64,000 bases of DNA from an uncultured Cellvibrionaceae bacterium (GCA_965650515.1 CBFGOY010000001.1:59289-123288), one strand, 5' to 3'. Shown: positions 41,898 through 53,075, counted from the stretch's first letter. Numbers and translations: made by a program. The notes: a model not told the origin generated them from the letters alone.

Positions 41898-43425
41898 CCT
41901 GATCCTCTTGCATGGTTGGGGTTGTGACAGCCGTACCTGGCAACCTTTGTTGCCTGCGTTGGAAAAAATCGCACGGGTAACACCACTGGACTTGCCGGGT
42001 TTCGGTAAATCACCTGCGTTAAATGGATTTTCGGTACCGCACGTATTAAATGATCTTGCCGCAAATATTCCGGATGGCTCGGTGGTGGTGGGTTGGTCCC
42101 TGGGGGGTATGTTGGCGGTGCAATTGGCTGCGCAATTTCCTAAAAAGGTCCGGGCATTAATTACCCTGGCGGCCAATGCAAAATTTGTAGCGAGCGAGGA
42201 TTATCCCGGCGCAATGCCTGCGGCTGTTAACCGGGAATTTAATCTGGCATTTGCGCGTGAATCCCATACCTCGGTTAAATTATTTTCAGGTTTGCTGGCA
42301 CAGGGCGATGCCGATGAACGCCAACTATTAAAAAAATTGCGCCAGCAAATACCGGCGGAATTTTCACCCCAATGGTTGCAAGCATTGGAATTGCTCAGCG
42401 TACTGGATAACCGTGCGGCCCTCAGCGCGCTCAAACAACCATGCCTGCACCTGTTAGCCGAAAAGGATGCGCTGGTTCCAATCGCCGCCGCCGCGTCCTT
42501 GGCGCAATTAAATCCAGCCCATAAAATTGCAATTATTTCGCAAGCTGCCCATGCCTTGCATTGGAGCAAACCCGAGGCAGTAAGTGAACAAATCCAGCGG
42601 TTTGTCCAGGGTGTGGCTGTTGACCGCTTTGCCCTGGACAAGAAAAAAGTTGCCCAATCATTTGGCCGTGCAGCGACAACCTATGACACAGTGGCGCAAT
42701 TGCAGCGCGATGTGGGCAAACATTTATTGCAATATGTTCCGGTGCAAATAGCGGATGGGGCCACTGTCATTGATTTGGGATCGGGAACCGGTTTTTTTAC
42801 CCGGCAGGTGGCCGCCCGGTATGAAACTGCCAACATTGTAGGACTCGATATCGCCGAAGGTATGTTGCATTTTTCGCGGCAACGCGCGGATGCAAAACAG
42901 GTCAACTGGCTTTGTGCCGATGCGGAGCAATTGCCCTTCGCAGACCAGAGTATCGATCTGGTGTTTTCAAGCCTGGTTATCCAATGGTGCCCTGACTTAC
43001 CGCAGCTAATGCGTGAGTTGGCGAGGGCGCTAAAACCCGGAGGCCAGTTACTGCTGGCAACACTCGGCCCCCATACCTTGCACGAATTAAAATCCGCGTG
43101 GCAACAGGTGGATAATTATGTCCACGTCAATCAGTTCCAGCCCCAGGACAGCTTGCGGCTCGCCGCTATCGCTGCCGATTTGGCCATTGATCATTTTGCT
43201 GTTGAGCAACGCGTTATTTATTTTGAGCGCTTAACGGAGTTGACCCGTGAATTAAAATCGCTGGGCGCGCACAATATCAATGCGGGTAAGCCTGGGGGGT
43301 TGACCGGGCGCAGCAGGATTGCCGCGTTTAGGGCGGCCTATGAAAATTACCGCGAAGCGCGTGGTCTGCCTGCAACCTATGAAGTCTTTTATTTATCGGT
43401 ACATAAAAAGGTAACCGGACTTTAA
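41890..43425 (+). CDS. bioHC: Bifunctional BioH-BioC fusion (pimeloyl-ACP methyl ester esterase plus malonyl-ACP O-methyltransferase)
   Basis: N-terminal LLHGWG and GWSLGG esterase; C-terminal [24 protein letters not shown]-binding, PATYEV; a single uninterrupted 511-aa ORF. Confidence 0.93.
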   Translation: MINLILLHGWGCDSRTWQPLLPALEKIARVTPLDLPGFGKSPALNGFSVPHVLNDLAANIPDGSVVVGWSLGGMLAVQLAAQFPKKVRALITLAANAKFVASEDYPGAMPAAVNREFNLAFARESHTSVKLFSGLLAQGDADERQLLKKLRQQIPAEFSPQWLQALELLSVLDNRAALSALKQPCLHLLAEKDALVPIAAAASLAQLNPAHKIAIISQAAHALHWSKPEAVSEQIQRFVQGVAVDRFALDKKKVAQSFGRAATTYDTVAQLQRDVGKHLLQYVPVQIADGATVIDLGSGTGFFTRQVAARYETANIVGLDIAEGMLHFSRQRADAKQVNWLCADAEQLPFADQSIDLVFSSLVIQWCPDLPQLMRELARALKPGGQLLLATLGPHTLHELKSAWQQVDNYVHVNQFQPQDSLRLAAIAADLAIDHFAVEQRVIYFERLTELTRELKSLGAHNINAGKPGGLTGRSRIAAFRAAYENYREARGLPATYEVFYLSVHKKVTGL

Positions 43426-43431
43426 TAATTT

Positions 43432-44124
43432 ATGGCTAAGAAACAATTTTTTATTACCGGTACTGACACCAATGTCGGTAAAACATTGGTGTGTGCCGGT
43501 TTATTATGGGTGGCAAAAAACCAGGGCTTGCGCACCGCGGCGCTAAAGCCGGTCGCTGCCGGTTGTGAAAAAACAGCGTCGGGCTTGCGCAATGAAGATG
43601 CGCTGCTCCTGCAATCGGTAATGACGGAGTCCCTGGCTTACGAGCAAATTAATCCTGTCGCGTTGCAATCCGCTATTGCGCCGCACATTGCCGCGCAACA
43701 GGAAAAGCGTGTGCTTGCTGCCGATAGGATCGCAGGCTTTTGTCGCGCCAGTTTATCGTACGCCGACTTCACCTTGGTCGAGGGGGCGGGTGGCTGGCGA
43801 GTGCCATTAAATCCGCGAGAAACCATGGCCGACCTCGCGCAAATTTTGCAGTTGCCGGTAATATTGGTGGTGGCTGTGCGCCTGGGCTGCATAAACCATG
43901 CGCTGTTGACCGCAGGGGCAATCCGCAATGATGGATTACCCCTGGCGGGATGGGTTGCCAATTGCGTGGATGCGGATATGCCCGCGTTGCAGGAAAATAT
44001 CGAAAGCCTGGCAGCGCGCATTCCAGCGCCTTGTTTGGGGGTAGTGCCCTGGCTGGCATCACCACAACCCGAGCTGGTTGCGGCTGCAATAGATGAACAA
44101 CTTTTTACCCAGATACTTTTGTAA
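43432..44124 (+). CDS. bioD: Dethiobiotin synthetase
   Basis: FITGTDTNVGKT, LKPVAAG, VEGAGG, LGCINHA. Confidence 0.97.
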   Translation: MAKKQFFITGTDTNVGKTLVCAGLLWVAKNQGLRTAALKPVAAGCEKTASGLRNEDALLLQSVMTESLAYEQINPVALQSAIAPHIAAQQEKRVLAADRIAGFCRASLSYADFTLVEGAGGWRVPLNPRETMADLAQILQLPVILVVAVRLGCINHALLTAGAIRNDGLPLAGWVANCVDADMPALQENIESLAARIPAPCLGVVPWLASPQPELVAAAIDEQLFTQILL

Positions 44125-44129
44125 TTACC

Positions 44130-44795
44130 ATGTGTGCAGTGCTGCGTTTTGCTTGTTTTTTTGCGATTTTACTTTCAGGTTGTACTTCGCTGCCTGACGC
44201 AAAAAAAATCCCTGCAATGGATACCTCGCAACGTATTTATTTTGTTTATCGCGAATGGCATACGAGTATTTTATTGCCAGCAGATGCGGTTCGTGTGCAC
44301 AGCCGGTATATGCAAGAAGAAGCAATGGGCCAGCAATTTATTCGCGTCGGTTGGGGGGACGGGGATTATTTTACCGGTAAGAGCAAGAGCATCGGCTCGG
44401 CGACCCGCGCGCTATTTGTTTCCCACTATTCGGCTTTGCAGGTCCTGCCTTATTCCCAGGATCCCTTCGAGGATATTCCAAAGGAAACCTGGGTGCCCCT
44501 GGCGGTTAGCGATGAAGGCCTGCGTCGGTTAATCCGCTACATCGATAATTCATTTGAGTTGGCCGGCAAGCAACTGCGCCCTTTGCCAGCCTATGGTGAA
44601 GGGGTTGGGCATTTTTACCAGGCGCGGGGCCAATACGGATTATTCAGCAATTGCAATACCTGGAGTGGGCGTGCCTTGCAAGCGGCGGGGCTGCCGGTGC
44701 GCAGTCGTATGCAGCTCACAGCGAAAAGTGTATTTGAACAGGCCAAGGCCATATCGGAATACCAGTTTGCCCACCGCAACGAATCTTCAAAATAA
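44130..44795 (+). CDS. DUF2459-like lipoprotein
   Basis: Lipobox LSGC; WHTSI, VGWGD.DY, YGLFSNCNTW motifs. Confidence 0.75.
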   Translation: MCAVLRFACFFAILLSGCTSLPDAKKIPAMDTSQRIYFVYREWHTSILLPADAVRVHSRYMQEEAMGQQFIRVGWGDGDYFTGKSKSIGSATRALFVSHYSALQVLPYSQDPFEDIPKETWVPLAVSDEGLRRLIRYIDNSFELAGKQLRPLPAYGEGVGHFYQARGQYGLFSNCNTWSGRALQAAGLPVRSRMQLTAKSVFEQAKAISEYQFAHRNESSK

Positions 44796-44942
44796 TCCGG
44801 TTATATATTTTTATTTTTTAACTCCAACTTGTCTTAGAAACACTTTTTTCCGCCGCAATCATGTCTATTTTTTGCGCCATCCGCGGCGTAAACTTTGCTT
44901 TCCAGATAAATATTGCTTCATACATAACCGAGGGGTTAAGTG

Positions 44943-45197
44943 ATGGACATAGGTTCAGTCGTTAACCAGGGGCTGATTGGAATGCAAAAGAGCCAGGTAT
45001 CCATGGCTCAATCGGCCCAGCAAATTGCCCAGGCGAGTAATACCCAGCGTGCCGATGCCCCTGCTTCGACGCAATCCGTGGATTTGGTCGAGCCTTTGCT
45101 CAACCTTAAAATCCAAAGCCAGGTCTTTGACAGTTCGGCGCGGGTAGTTAAATCCGCTGACGAGGCCATAGGGACCTTGCTGGATATTAAAGCCTAA
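44943..45197 (+). CDS. 84-aa flagellar rod/hook D0-like small protein
   Basis: N-terminal GLIGMQKSQ..MAQSAQQIA and C-terminal DLVEPLLNLKIQSQVFDSSARVVKSADEAIGTLLDIKA resemble axial-protein termini; GAGGGG RBS. Confidence 0.7.
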   Translation: MDIGSVVNQGLIGMQKSQVSMAQSAQQIAQASNTQRADAPASTQSVDLVEPLLNLKIQSQVFDSSARVVKSADEAIGTLLDIKA

Positions 45198-45208
45198 GGG
45201 GTTATTAA

Positions 45209-46105
45209 GTGATTAACACTATCCCGTCCAACCATGCCAATACCATCGCGCCGTTTGCGCCGATGGGGCGTGCAGCTGTTGGGCAGGAAAATACCGAACT
45301 TAAATCTTCTACCTTTAAGCCGACCGAACAGCTAGCGGAAGCGGTGCGCGGCAACAACCGTCGCCTGCCTGATGAGCGGCCCAATGACGATGTGGAGCGG
45401 GATCGCCAAACCGCGCTAACAGAAGAGCGGCGTGTCAACGGCGGCCGCACCGAAGAAGAAATCAAGGCTGAGCGGGAGCAAATCCAGGACCTGGCTGCCC
45501 GTGATCGCGAGGTGCGTGCCCACGAGCAAGCCCACGCGGCCGTTGCCGGTCAGTATGGCGGTAGCCCGACTTACAGCTTCGTGCGTGGCCCGGATGGTAT
45601 TAGTTATGCCGTTAGTGGCGAGGTTGAAATAGATACCAGTCCCATACCGGGTGATCCCGAAGCGACGTTACGTAAAGCGCAACAATTGCGGCGCGCAGCC
45701 AATGCCCCCGCCGAGCCTTCCGCCCAGGATGGTCGTGTGGCCGCGCAAGCTGCCCAAATGGAGCAGGAGGCGCGAGCAGAGTTGCGCGAACAGGAGATTA
45801 ATGAAGTTCGGGAACAGGATGAGCTTCATCCCGGGGAAAACCAGGAAGGTTCGGAGGCATTAACTGGAAGTGGAGCGGTTCGCCGGCAGCGTGAAGAAGA
45901 GCGCGTGGCGCATGACGAGGAGCGCTTGCAGCGCGAACAGGAACAATTTGAGGCCGAGCAGCGTTTGTTGGACCAGCGCCAGGCGCGCGCGGATTTATTC
46001 AACGAAACCACCCGGCGCAATATAGATATTAATCGTCGCCTGATTGAAATCGGTGTCTTTGCCGACACTAACGCCATTGGCAGTTTTTTGAATAGAACTG
46101 TTTAA
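45209..46105 (+). CDS. SprA-related family protein / putative HExxH metalloprotease
   Basis: RDREVRAHEQAHAAVAG, GPDGISYAVSGEVEID, RAANAPAEPSAQD motifs; GTG start. Confidence 0.82.
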   Translation: MINTIPSNHANTIAPFAPMGRAAVGQENTELKSSTFKPTEQLAEAVRGNNRRLPDERPNDDVERDRQTALTEERRVNGGRTEEEIKAEREQIQDLAARDREVRAHEQAHAAVAGQYGGSPTYSFVRGPDGISYAVSGEVEIDTSPIPGDPEATLRKAQQLRRAANAPAEPSAQDGRVAAQAAQMEQEARAELREQEINEVREQDELHPGENQEGSEALTGSGAVRRQREEERVAHDEERLQREQEQFEAEQRLLDQRQARADLFNETTRRNIDINRRLIEIGVFADTNAIGSFLNRTV

Positions 46106-46202
46106 TGGTGTTGTCATAAATTCCGCTTAATCTGCTCGTATTACTAATCCGCCTTTGGTTACCCAAAGAGGATTATCTGTTTGATGGTTCAGGAAATTAT
46201 GC

Positions 46203-46231
46203 TTGACCATTGCTAATTGTCTCCCTATAAT
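46203..46231 (+). promoter_or_regulatory. Sigma70 stringent-type promoter for the tRNA-fMet-rimP-nusA-infB operon
   Basis: TTGACC-N17-TATAAT followed by GC-rich discriminator TCGCGGCC. Confidence 0.9.
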
Positions 46232-46271
46232 TCGCGGCCTCACTTGAGCGGTTAGCAAGTTGAGTTTCAGT

Positions 46272-46348
<77 letters not shown>

Positions 46349-46466
46349 AATTCTTTGCCTCTTGAGTATTTTCCAGTACATCAGGAGCAGGTGGAGACAA
46401 AGGGAATTCCCGGTTCTCGCCAGACAGCTGTAGCGAATCTACTGTCGCAGGTGGATTCAGGTCGAG

Positions 46467-46488
46467 AAGCCCCATTATGGGGCTTTTT
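46467..46488 (+). terminator. Terminator after tRNA-fMet
   Basis: AAGCCC-ATTATG-GGGCTT-TTTT. Confidence 0.72.
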
Positions 46489-46556
46489 TGTATTCGCTGT
46501 TCAGGGTTTCGGCCCACATCCCGCAGGCCTGCGGGGTGACTGAATGTTTTCGTTCG

Positions 46557-46585
46557 AATGGGCCTTGTGCCCATTTTTGTTTTTT
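46557..46585 (+). promoter_or_regulatory. rimP leader terminator/attenuator hairpin
   Basis: AATGGGC-CTTGT-GCCCATT-TTTGTTTTTT ~45 nt before rimP, like the rimP leader of Gammaproteobacteria. Confidence 0.68.
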
Positions 46586-46629
46586 AGGCCTTTGTTTTTG
46601 TAAAAATTACGAGGCAATGGGATTAAAGC

Positions 46630-47127
46630 ATGGCATCCAAGCAAGAAATTCTGGAGCGGCTGGTTGAGCCGGTGGCGCTATCCCTGGGGTGCGAACTCTG
46701 GGGATTGGAATATCTCACCCAGGGGCGTTACACCACAGTGCGCATTTACATTGATGGCCCCAACGGCGCTTCACTGGAAGATTGCGAGCGCGTTAGTCGG
46801 CAAGTGAGTGCGGTGTTTGATGTGGAAGACCCGATTGATAATGAATACACATTGGAAGTGTCATCGCCGGGCCTGGATCGCCCTTTATATAAAGAATCAC
46901 ATTACGCGCGCTTTGTTGGTGAAACCATTAATGTTCGTTTGCGCATTGCACGCGATGGTCGCCGCCGTTTTAAAGGCCTGATCACCAAAGTGGAAAACGG
47001 CGAAGTATTTCTGCAGGTCGATAACCAGGAAATCCAGTTGCCCATTGATGTTATCGATAAAGCTAATGTTGAGCCGCGTTACGATGAGATTTTGCGGCAA
47101 CATAACCTGCAAAACGACAAAGGCTAG
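46630..47127 (+). CDS. rimP: Ribosome maturation factor RimP
   Basis: VRIYID, LEDCERVSRQVS, YTLEVSSPGLDRPL, GRRRFKG. Confidence 0.97.
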   Translation: MASKQEILERLVEPVALSLGCELWGLEYLTQGRYTTVRIYIDGPNGASLEDCERVSRQVSAVFDVEDPIDNEYTLEVSSPGLDRPLYKESHYARFVGETINVRLRIARDGRRRFKGLITKVENGEVFLQVDNQEIQLPIDVIDKANVEPRYDEILRQHNLQNDKG

Positions 47128-47250
47128 TTTTTAAATCAACCGCTGTAGTGCCTGATTGATTTCATGCATTCGCAGCATCGCAATGGAAAATTTACCAATC
47201 CGGTGCGTTGCTTTTCAACGCCGGCTAGAGGAGTTAACAGAGGCAAACCA

Positions 47251-48732
47251 ATGAATAAAGAAATTTTGCTGGTCGCTGATGCGGTATCCAATGAAAAAGG
47301 CGTTGATAAAGAATTAATTTTCCAGGCAATTGAAACTGCCCTCGCTACCGCTACTAAAAAACGCTTCGACGAAGACTCCAATGTTGAAGTGAGAATTAAC
47401 CGTACTACAGGTGATTACGAAACCTGGCGCAGTTGGGAAGTGGTTGCTGATGATGCCATGGCGGAATTGGGAACCGAATTATATCTGGATGAAGCGCGTG
47501 AAAAAGAAGCTTCGTTAAAAGTAGGCGACACCTACCGTGAAAAAATAGAAAACGCGGAATTCGGTCGTATCGCTGCACAAACTGCCAAACAAGTCATTGT
47601 GCAAAAGGTGCGTGAAGCCGAACGTGCGCAAATGGTTGATGAATACCGTGATCGCATGGGCGAATTAATTAGCGGTACAGTGAAAAAAGTAACGCGTGAC
47701 AGCATCATTGTTGATTTGGGTAATAACGCTGAAGGTGTGTTGCCTCGCGATCAATTAATTGGCCGCGAAATTTTCCGTATGGGTGATCGCATTCGTGCAT
47801 TGCTGCTGGAAGTGCGCAGTGAAGCGCGCGGGCCGCAATTATTATTGAGCCGCTCCAATCCAAGAATGTTGATAGAACTGTTCAAAATTGAAGTGCCGGA
47901 AATCGCTGAAGAAGTTATTGAAATTAAAGGCGCTGCGCGCGACCCGGGCTTGCGCGCGAAAATTGCAGTAAAAACCAACGATGGGCGCATTGATCCGGTT
48001 GGTGCTTGCGTTGGTATGCGTGGTTCACGTGTACAAGCGGTTTCCAATGAATTGGGTGGTGAGCGTGTTGATATAGTGTTGTGGGACGATAACCCGGCGC
48101 AATTTGTTATCAATGCCATGTCACCGGCGGAAATCGAATCCATTGTTGTGGATGAAGATGCCGCGTCAATGGACCTCGCTGTGAATGAGGAAAACCTGGC
48201 GATGGCAATTGGTCGCGGTGGTCAAAATGTGCGGCTTGCGTGTGAATTAACCGGCTGGAACATCAATGTAATGAGCGTTGCCGATTGGCAAGCCAAGCAA
48301 CAGGCGGAATCCGGTAGTTACATCAATATGTTCATGAGTGCGCTGGATGTGGACGGTGACATCGCCGGTGTGTTGGTGGAAGAAGGTTTCACCACACTCG
48401 AAGAAGTTGCCTACGTTCCGCTGGAAGAAATGCTGGCGATTGATGGCTTTGACCAGGACATCGCCGAAGAGCTGCGTGCACGCGCTAAAGACGCCTTGTT
48501 AACCCAGGCATTGGCATCGGAAGAGCGCATTGAAGGCGTGGCGCCGGCAGAAGATTTGTTAACTATGGAAGGTATGGATGATGCGTTGGCGGGCGAGCTT
48601 GCGCGCCGTGGCATTGTGACCATGGAAGATCTGGCAGAACAATCCATTGATGATTTGGTGGATATTCAAGGTGTTGATGCGACTCGTGCCGCTGCACTGA
48701 TTATGAAAGCGCGCGAGCCCTGGTTTGCCTAA
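47251..48732 (+). CDS. nusA: Transcription termination/antitermination factor NusA
   Basis: [57 protein letters not shown], two AR domains. Confidence 0.99.
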   Translation: MNKEILLVADAVSNEKGVDKELIFQAIETALATATKKRFDEDSNVEVRINRTTGDYETWRSWEVVADDAMAELGTELYLDEAREKEASLKVGDTYREKIENAEFGRIAAQTAKQVIVQKVREAERAQMVDEYRDRMGELISGTVKKVTRDSIIVDLGNNAEGVLPRDQLIGREIFRMGDRIRALLLEVRSEARGPQLLLSRSNPRMLIELFKIEVPEIAEEVIEIKGAARDPGLRAKIAVKTNDGRIDPVGACVGMRGSRVQAVSNELGGERVDIVLWDDNPAQFVINAMSPAEIESIVVDEDAASMDLAVNEENLAMAIGRGGQNVRLACELTGWNINVMSVADWQAKQQAESGSYINMFMSALDVDGDIAGVLVEEGFTTLEEVAYVPLEEMLAIDGFDQDIAEELRARAKDALLTQALASEERIEGVAPAEDLLTMEGMDDALAGELARRGIVTMEDLAEQSIDDLVDIQGVDATRAAALIMKAREPWFA

Positions 48733-48786
48733 GTGTGAGCCACAGAGCGAAAACTAGGCAACGAACAGAATCCCTGAGGAAAAACA

Positions 48787-51591
48787 ATGGCAGAAGTAAC
48801 CGTTAATGAACTCGCCAAATCTATAGGTGCGCCGGTCGAGCGTTTGCTCAAGCAAATGCAGGAAGCCGGCTTGCAACATAAAAGCGCCGAGGCGAGAGTG
48901 TCTGATGACGAGAAGCAGCGCTTGCTGGCGTTCCTGAAAAACAGCCATGGCGAAGCCATCCTGGAACCGAAAAAAATTACATTGCAGCGTAAAACCACGA
49001 CCACCATTAAAACCGGTACGGGTAATGCTAAGAAAACCGTTAATGTTGAAGTACGCAAAAAGCGCACTTACATCAAACGCGAGGATGAAGTGGCTGAACC
49101 TGCCATTGCCGAACTGCAAGAGCCGGAAGTTGAGCCGGTAGTCGAATGGGTGGCGCCCGAGCCGGTAGCCACCCCGGTGGATGTTGCGCCTGAACCAGTC
49201 GCGGAGCCGGAGCCGGTGGTTCCGGCAGAGCCGGAACCCATAGCAGCGGCAACCGTTGAGCCTGTACCGGATGAGCAGGCTCCTGCTGCTGAAACAGCGT
49301 CGCCTCACCGCATATCCTTTACTGATGGTATTGAAGAAAAGCGCCGTGCCGCAATTGAGCGTCGCCAGGCAGAGGAAGCTGCGCGCCAGGCGGATTTAAA
49401 AGCGCGTGAAGAGGCCAAGCGCGCCGCCGAAGAAGCGCGTCGCCAGCCACGTAATGAAAAACCCGCAGAAAAACCGGCTGTGCAGGCGCCAAACAAAAAT
49501 GCCAAGCCGGATGCGCGCCAACCGGCTAAAGGCAAACCTGCGGTGGCCGTTGTTGCACCCCCTGCTGAAAAAGAAGATACCCGCCATGGCCACGGCCACA
49601 AGAAACACCATCATCGCAGCGATGACGATGATGATGAGAGCGGCGATCGCGGTAACAAGCGCGGAGCAGGTAAAGCTGTGAAAAAAGGCGTTGCCGGCCC
49701 GAAAAAGGCGGCCAAGATTGATTTACTCGATTTTGTGGCCGAAGACGGTGAAGACAGCGATGTATTGGCACGTCGCAGCCATATCCGTGCACACCACAAG
49801 AAAACCAACAAACACGCCTTTAAGAAACCGACGACACAAATCGTGCATGAAATTGACGTTCCGGAAACTATTACAGTTACAGAATTAGCGCAGCGCCTCA
49901 CCATTAAGGTGAATGAGCTGATCAAGCGTTTAATGAAAATGGGCGTCATGGCCTCCATGAACGAGTCTATCGACCAGGACACCGCTGTGCTGGTCGTGGA
50001 AGAGTTGGGGCATAAGGCTAATCTCGTAAGCGAGAACGATATTGAGCACGCGCTCGAGAAATCGCTTGAAACTGAAGGTGAATTGACTACCCGTGCGCCG
50101 GTGGTAACCGTAATGGGCCACGTTGACCATGGTAAAACCTCGCTGCTCGATTACATTCGCGAAGCTAAGGTGGCTGCGGGTGAAGCCGGCGGTATTACCC
50201 AGCATATCGGCGCTTATCGCGTGTCTACTTCGCGCGGTGAAATTACCTTCCTCGACACCCCTGGCCACGCGGCGTTTACGGCGATGCGTGCACGCGGTGC
50301 CAAGGCGACTGATGTGGTTATCCTGGTAGTGGCGGCGGATGATGGCGTAATGCCGCAAACCGAAGAAGCAATCATGCATGCCCGCGCGGCCAATGTGCCG
50401 ATTGTTGTTGCCATCAACAAGTGCGATAAGCCCTCGGCTGATCCGGATCGTGTAACCAATGAATTGGTGGTTAAAGGGGTTATCCCTGAAAATTATGGTG
50501 GCGATACCCAGTTTATCCAGGTTTCTGCCCACACCGGCCAAGGTATCGATGAACTGCTGGAAGCTATATCACTGCAAGCGGAAGTGTTGGAGTTGACTGC
50601 GGTTACCAATGCGGCGGCTAAAGGTGTGGTGATTGAATCGCGTGTTGATAAAGGGCGCGGTACCGTAGCGACTGTACTGGTTCAACAAGGTACCTTGAAG
50701 CAGGGCGACTTGTTGCTCGCGGGCCAAAGTTACGGTCGTGTGCGCGCCATGATGAACGAGCGCGGCGAGCAGGTAAAAGAAGCTGGGCCATCAACGCCGG
50801 TTGAAATATTAGGCCTGGATACCCCGCCCAGCGCCGGTGATGACTTTGTTGTGCTGGACGATGAACGCAAAGCACGTGAAGTAGCCGCTTTCCGTGCCGA
50901 GAAAGAGCGGAAAGAAAAACTTGCGCGCTTCCAGGCGGCCAAGCTGGAAAATATGTTCTCCAATATGGAGGCTGGCCAAAAGAAAACCCTTACCGTGGTG
51001 GTCAAGGCCGATGTCCGTGGCTCACTGGAAGCCATCCAGGCGTCACTTGCCGATATCGGTAACGAAGAAGTCCAGGTCAATATCATTTCTTCCGGTATCG
51101 GTGGCATCACCGAAAACGATGTGAACCTGGCGGTGACGTCCGGGGCAATTATTGTCGGCTTTAATGTGCGCGCCGATGGTGCTACCCGTCGCCTGGCGGA
51201 ATCTGAAGGTGTGGACATTCGTTACTACAGCATCATTTACCAACTCCTGGACGAAATAAAGGCGGCCCTGAGCGGCATGCTCGACCCGGAACGCGTGGAA
51301 ACCATCGTCGGTATTGCCAACGTGCGCGAAGTGTTCAACTCGCCCAAGTTTGGCCAGGTGGCGGGTTGCATGGTGGTGGAAGGTACTGTGTCCCGCAACA
51401 AACCCATCCGTGTCTTGCGCGACAACGTGGTGATCTTTACCGGTGAATTGGAGTCCCTCCGTCGCTTCAAAGATGACGTCAGCGAAGTCCGCAACGGCTT
51501 CGAATGCGGTATCGGTGTGAAGAACTACGACGTAAAAGTAGGCGACCAGATCGAAGTGTATGAAGTGAAGGAGGTTGCGCGCCAGCTCTAA
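48787..51591 (+). CDS. infB: Translation initiation factor IF-2
   Basis: [54 protein letters not shown]. Confidence 0.99.
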   Translation: MAEVTVNELAKSIGAPVERLLKQMQEAGLQHKSAEARVSDDEKQRLLAFLKNSHGEAILEPKKITLQRKTTTTIKTGTGNAKKTVNVEVRKKRTYIKREDEVAEPAIAELQEPEVEPVVEWVAPEPVATPVDVAPEPVAEPEPVVPAEPEPIAAATVEPVPDEQAPAAETASPHRISFTDGIEEKRRAAIERRQAEEAARQADLKAREEAKRAAEEARRQPRNEKPAEKPAVQAPNKNAKPDARQPAKGKPAVAVVAPPAEKEDTRHGHGHKKHHHRSDDDDDESGDRGNKRGAGKAVKKGVAGPKKAAKIDLLDFVAEDGEDSDVLARRSHIRAHHKKTNKHAFKKPTTQIVHEIDVPETITVTELAQRLTIKVNELIKRLMKMGVMASMNESIDQDTAVLVVEELGHKANLVSENDIEHALEKSLETEGELTTRAPVVTVMGHVDHGKTSLLDYIREAKVAAGEAGGITQHIGAYRVSTSRGEITFLDTPGHAAFTAMRARGAKATDVVILVVAADDGVMPQTEEAIMHARAANVPIVVAINKCDKPSADPDRVTNELVVKGVIPENYGGDTQFIQVSAHTGQGIDELLEAISLQAEVLELTAVTNAAAKGVVIESRVDKGRGTVATVLVQQGTLKQGDLLLAGQSYGRVRAMMNERGEQVKEAGPSTPVEILGLDTPPSAGDDFVVLDDERKAREVAAFRAEKERKEKLARFQAAKLENMFSNMEAGQKKTLTVVVKADVRGSLEAIQASLADIGNEEVQVNIISSGIGGITENDVNLAVTSGAIIVGFNVRADGATRRLAESEGVDIRYYSIIYQLLDEIKAALSGMLDPERVETIVGIANVREVFNSPKFGQVAGCMVVEGTVSRNKPIRVLRDNVVIFTGELESLRRFKDDVSEVRNGFECGIGVKNYDVKVGDQIEVYEVKEVARQL

Positions 51592-51608
51592 GCCGGGCGC
51601 ATACCTAC

Positions 51609-51645
51609 GCCCCATCCCCTACCATGGGGGTGGGGCTTTGTTATT
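51609..51645 (+). terminator. Terminator-like hairpin between infB and rbfA
   Basis: GCCCCATCCCC..GGGGGTGGGGC stem followed by TTTGTTATT. Confidence 0.45.
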
Positions 51646-51666
51646 TTTAAAGTTGAGGTTGGCTGC

Positions 51667-52086
51667 ATGCCAAGAGAATTTACCCGTTCAGACCGCGTCT
51701 CCGATGCGATCCAGCGTTTGCTGGCGCAGGTGATCCCCGCTGAAATCCGCGACCCGCGTATCGGTATGGTCAATATTAATGAAGTGACCGTTACCCGCGA
51801 TATGGCATTTGCCAAAGTTTATGTCACTTTCGTGGGAGTGGACGACGAAAAGCAAAGCCAGGATGCCGCTGCCATCCTGAATAAAGCCAGTGGTTTTTTG
51901 CGTACTTTCCTGGCGAAAGAGTTGAGCATGCGTACCGTTCCCAAGTTGCAATTTATCTATGATAAAACCTCCGTTAAAGGCCAGGCGTTATCCTCATTGA
52001 TTGATCGCGCCATCGCCGAAGACCGATTGCATCCGCAAGACGAAGAAGCTTCAGGGGATGATGAACCCAAAGGCGAGCAACACTGA
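51667..52086 (+). CDS. rbfA: Ribosome-binding factor A
   Basis: RSDRVSDAIQR, IRDPRIG, LRTFLAKEL..RTVPKLQF.YD. Confidence 0.98.
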   Translation: MPREFTRSDRVSDAIQRLLAQVIPAEIRDPRIGMVNINEVTVTRDMAFAKVYVTFVGVDDEKQSQDAAAILNKASGFLRTFLAKELSMRTVPKLQFIYDKTSVKGQALSSLIDRAIAEDRLHPQDEEASGDDEPKGEQH

Positions 52087-53075
52087 TGGCGCGCAAAAAA
52101 GGCCGCCCGGTGGACGGGGTACTGTTATTGAATAAACCGGCAGGCATGACCTCCAACCAGGCCCTGCAACGCGCCAAACGTTTGTTTTTTGTAGAGAAGG
52201 CAGGTCATACCGGTGCCCTTGATCCGCTGGCTACCGGTGTTTTGCCCTTGTGCTTCGGCGAAGCCACCAAATTCTCGCAATTTTTGCTTGATGCCGACAA
52301 AGGCTATCGTGTTTGCATCCAATTCGGTGTAGCTACCGATACCTGTGACGCCGATGGTGAAATCATTGCGCAGCAATCCGCTCAAAATGTCACTCGCGAG
52401 CAAATAGCAGCGGCATTGAAACCCCTGCTCGGTAATATTTTGCAAGTGCCTCCCATGTACTCTGCACTTAAGCTCAATGGCCAGCCACTCTACAAAATGG
52501 CGCGCCAGGGTGTTGAAGTTGAGCGCGAGCCGCGTCCGGTGACTATCCACCAAATCGAGCTACTCGCATTTCGCCCGGGGGAGCGCGCCGAGGTGGAGCT
52601 GGATATCCGGTGCAGTAAGGGTACCTATATCCGTTCCATTGCAGCAGATCTGGGTAATGCGCTGGGATGCGGCGCCCATGTAAAAACCCTGCATCGTTCG
52701 CTAGCCGGTTTGTTTGATGAAAGCAAATGCATCACCCTGGAGGAATTGCAAACCGAATTTGAAGCAATGCAGGCGGAGCGAGGTGACGAGGCCGCATACC
52801 ATGCGCTGGATCGCCACCTGCTGGGGGCGGATACTCCTGTCGCCAGCTTGCCTAAAGTGGAACTGGCCGCCAACAGTGCGTACTACTTTCGCTTGGGGAA
52901 CCCGGTTATGCACCCACAGGTCTACCGGATTGCCCCCCAAGCTGCTATTGTGCGCGTCTTTTGTGCAGAAACCGATCAATCGCCCCGAGCCTTCCTGGGG
53001 TTGGGTGAGATTACCGATGACGGTCGGGTCGCCCCGAAACGCATTATCGCCAATCGTCCTGTGAATAATATTTGA
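52086..53075 (+). CDS. truB: tRNA pseudouridine(55) synthase
   Basis: LNKPAGMTSN, AGHTGALDPLATGVL, PPMYSALK, CSKGTYIRS. Confidence 0.98.
   Translation: MARKKGRPVDGVLLLNKPAGMTSNQALQRAKRLFFVEKAGHTGALDPLATGVLPLCFGEATKFSQFLLDADKGYRVCIQFGVATDTCDADGEIIAQQSAQNVTREQIAAALKPLLGNILQVPPMYSALKLNGQPLYKMARQGVEVEREPRPVTIHQIELLAFRPGERAEVELDIRCSKGTYIRSIAADLGNALGCGAHVKTLHRSLAGLFDESKCITLEELQTEFEAMQAERGDEAAYHALDRHLLGADTPVASLPKVELAANSAYYFRLGNPVMHPQVYRIAPQAAIVRVFCAETDQSPRAFLGLGEITDDGRVAPKRIIANRPVNNI

Noticed and set aside
44889-44909. Sigma28 promoter TAAA...CCAGATAA
   Set aside because: The spacer is 9 nt rather than ~15.
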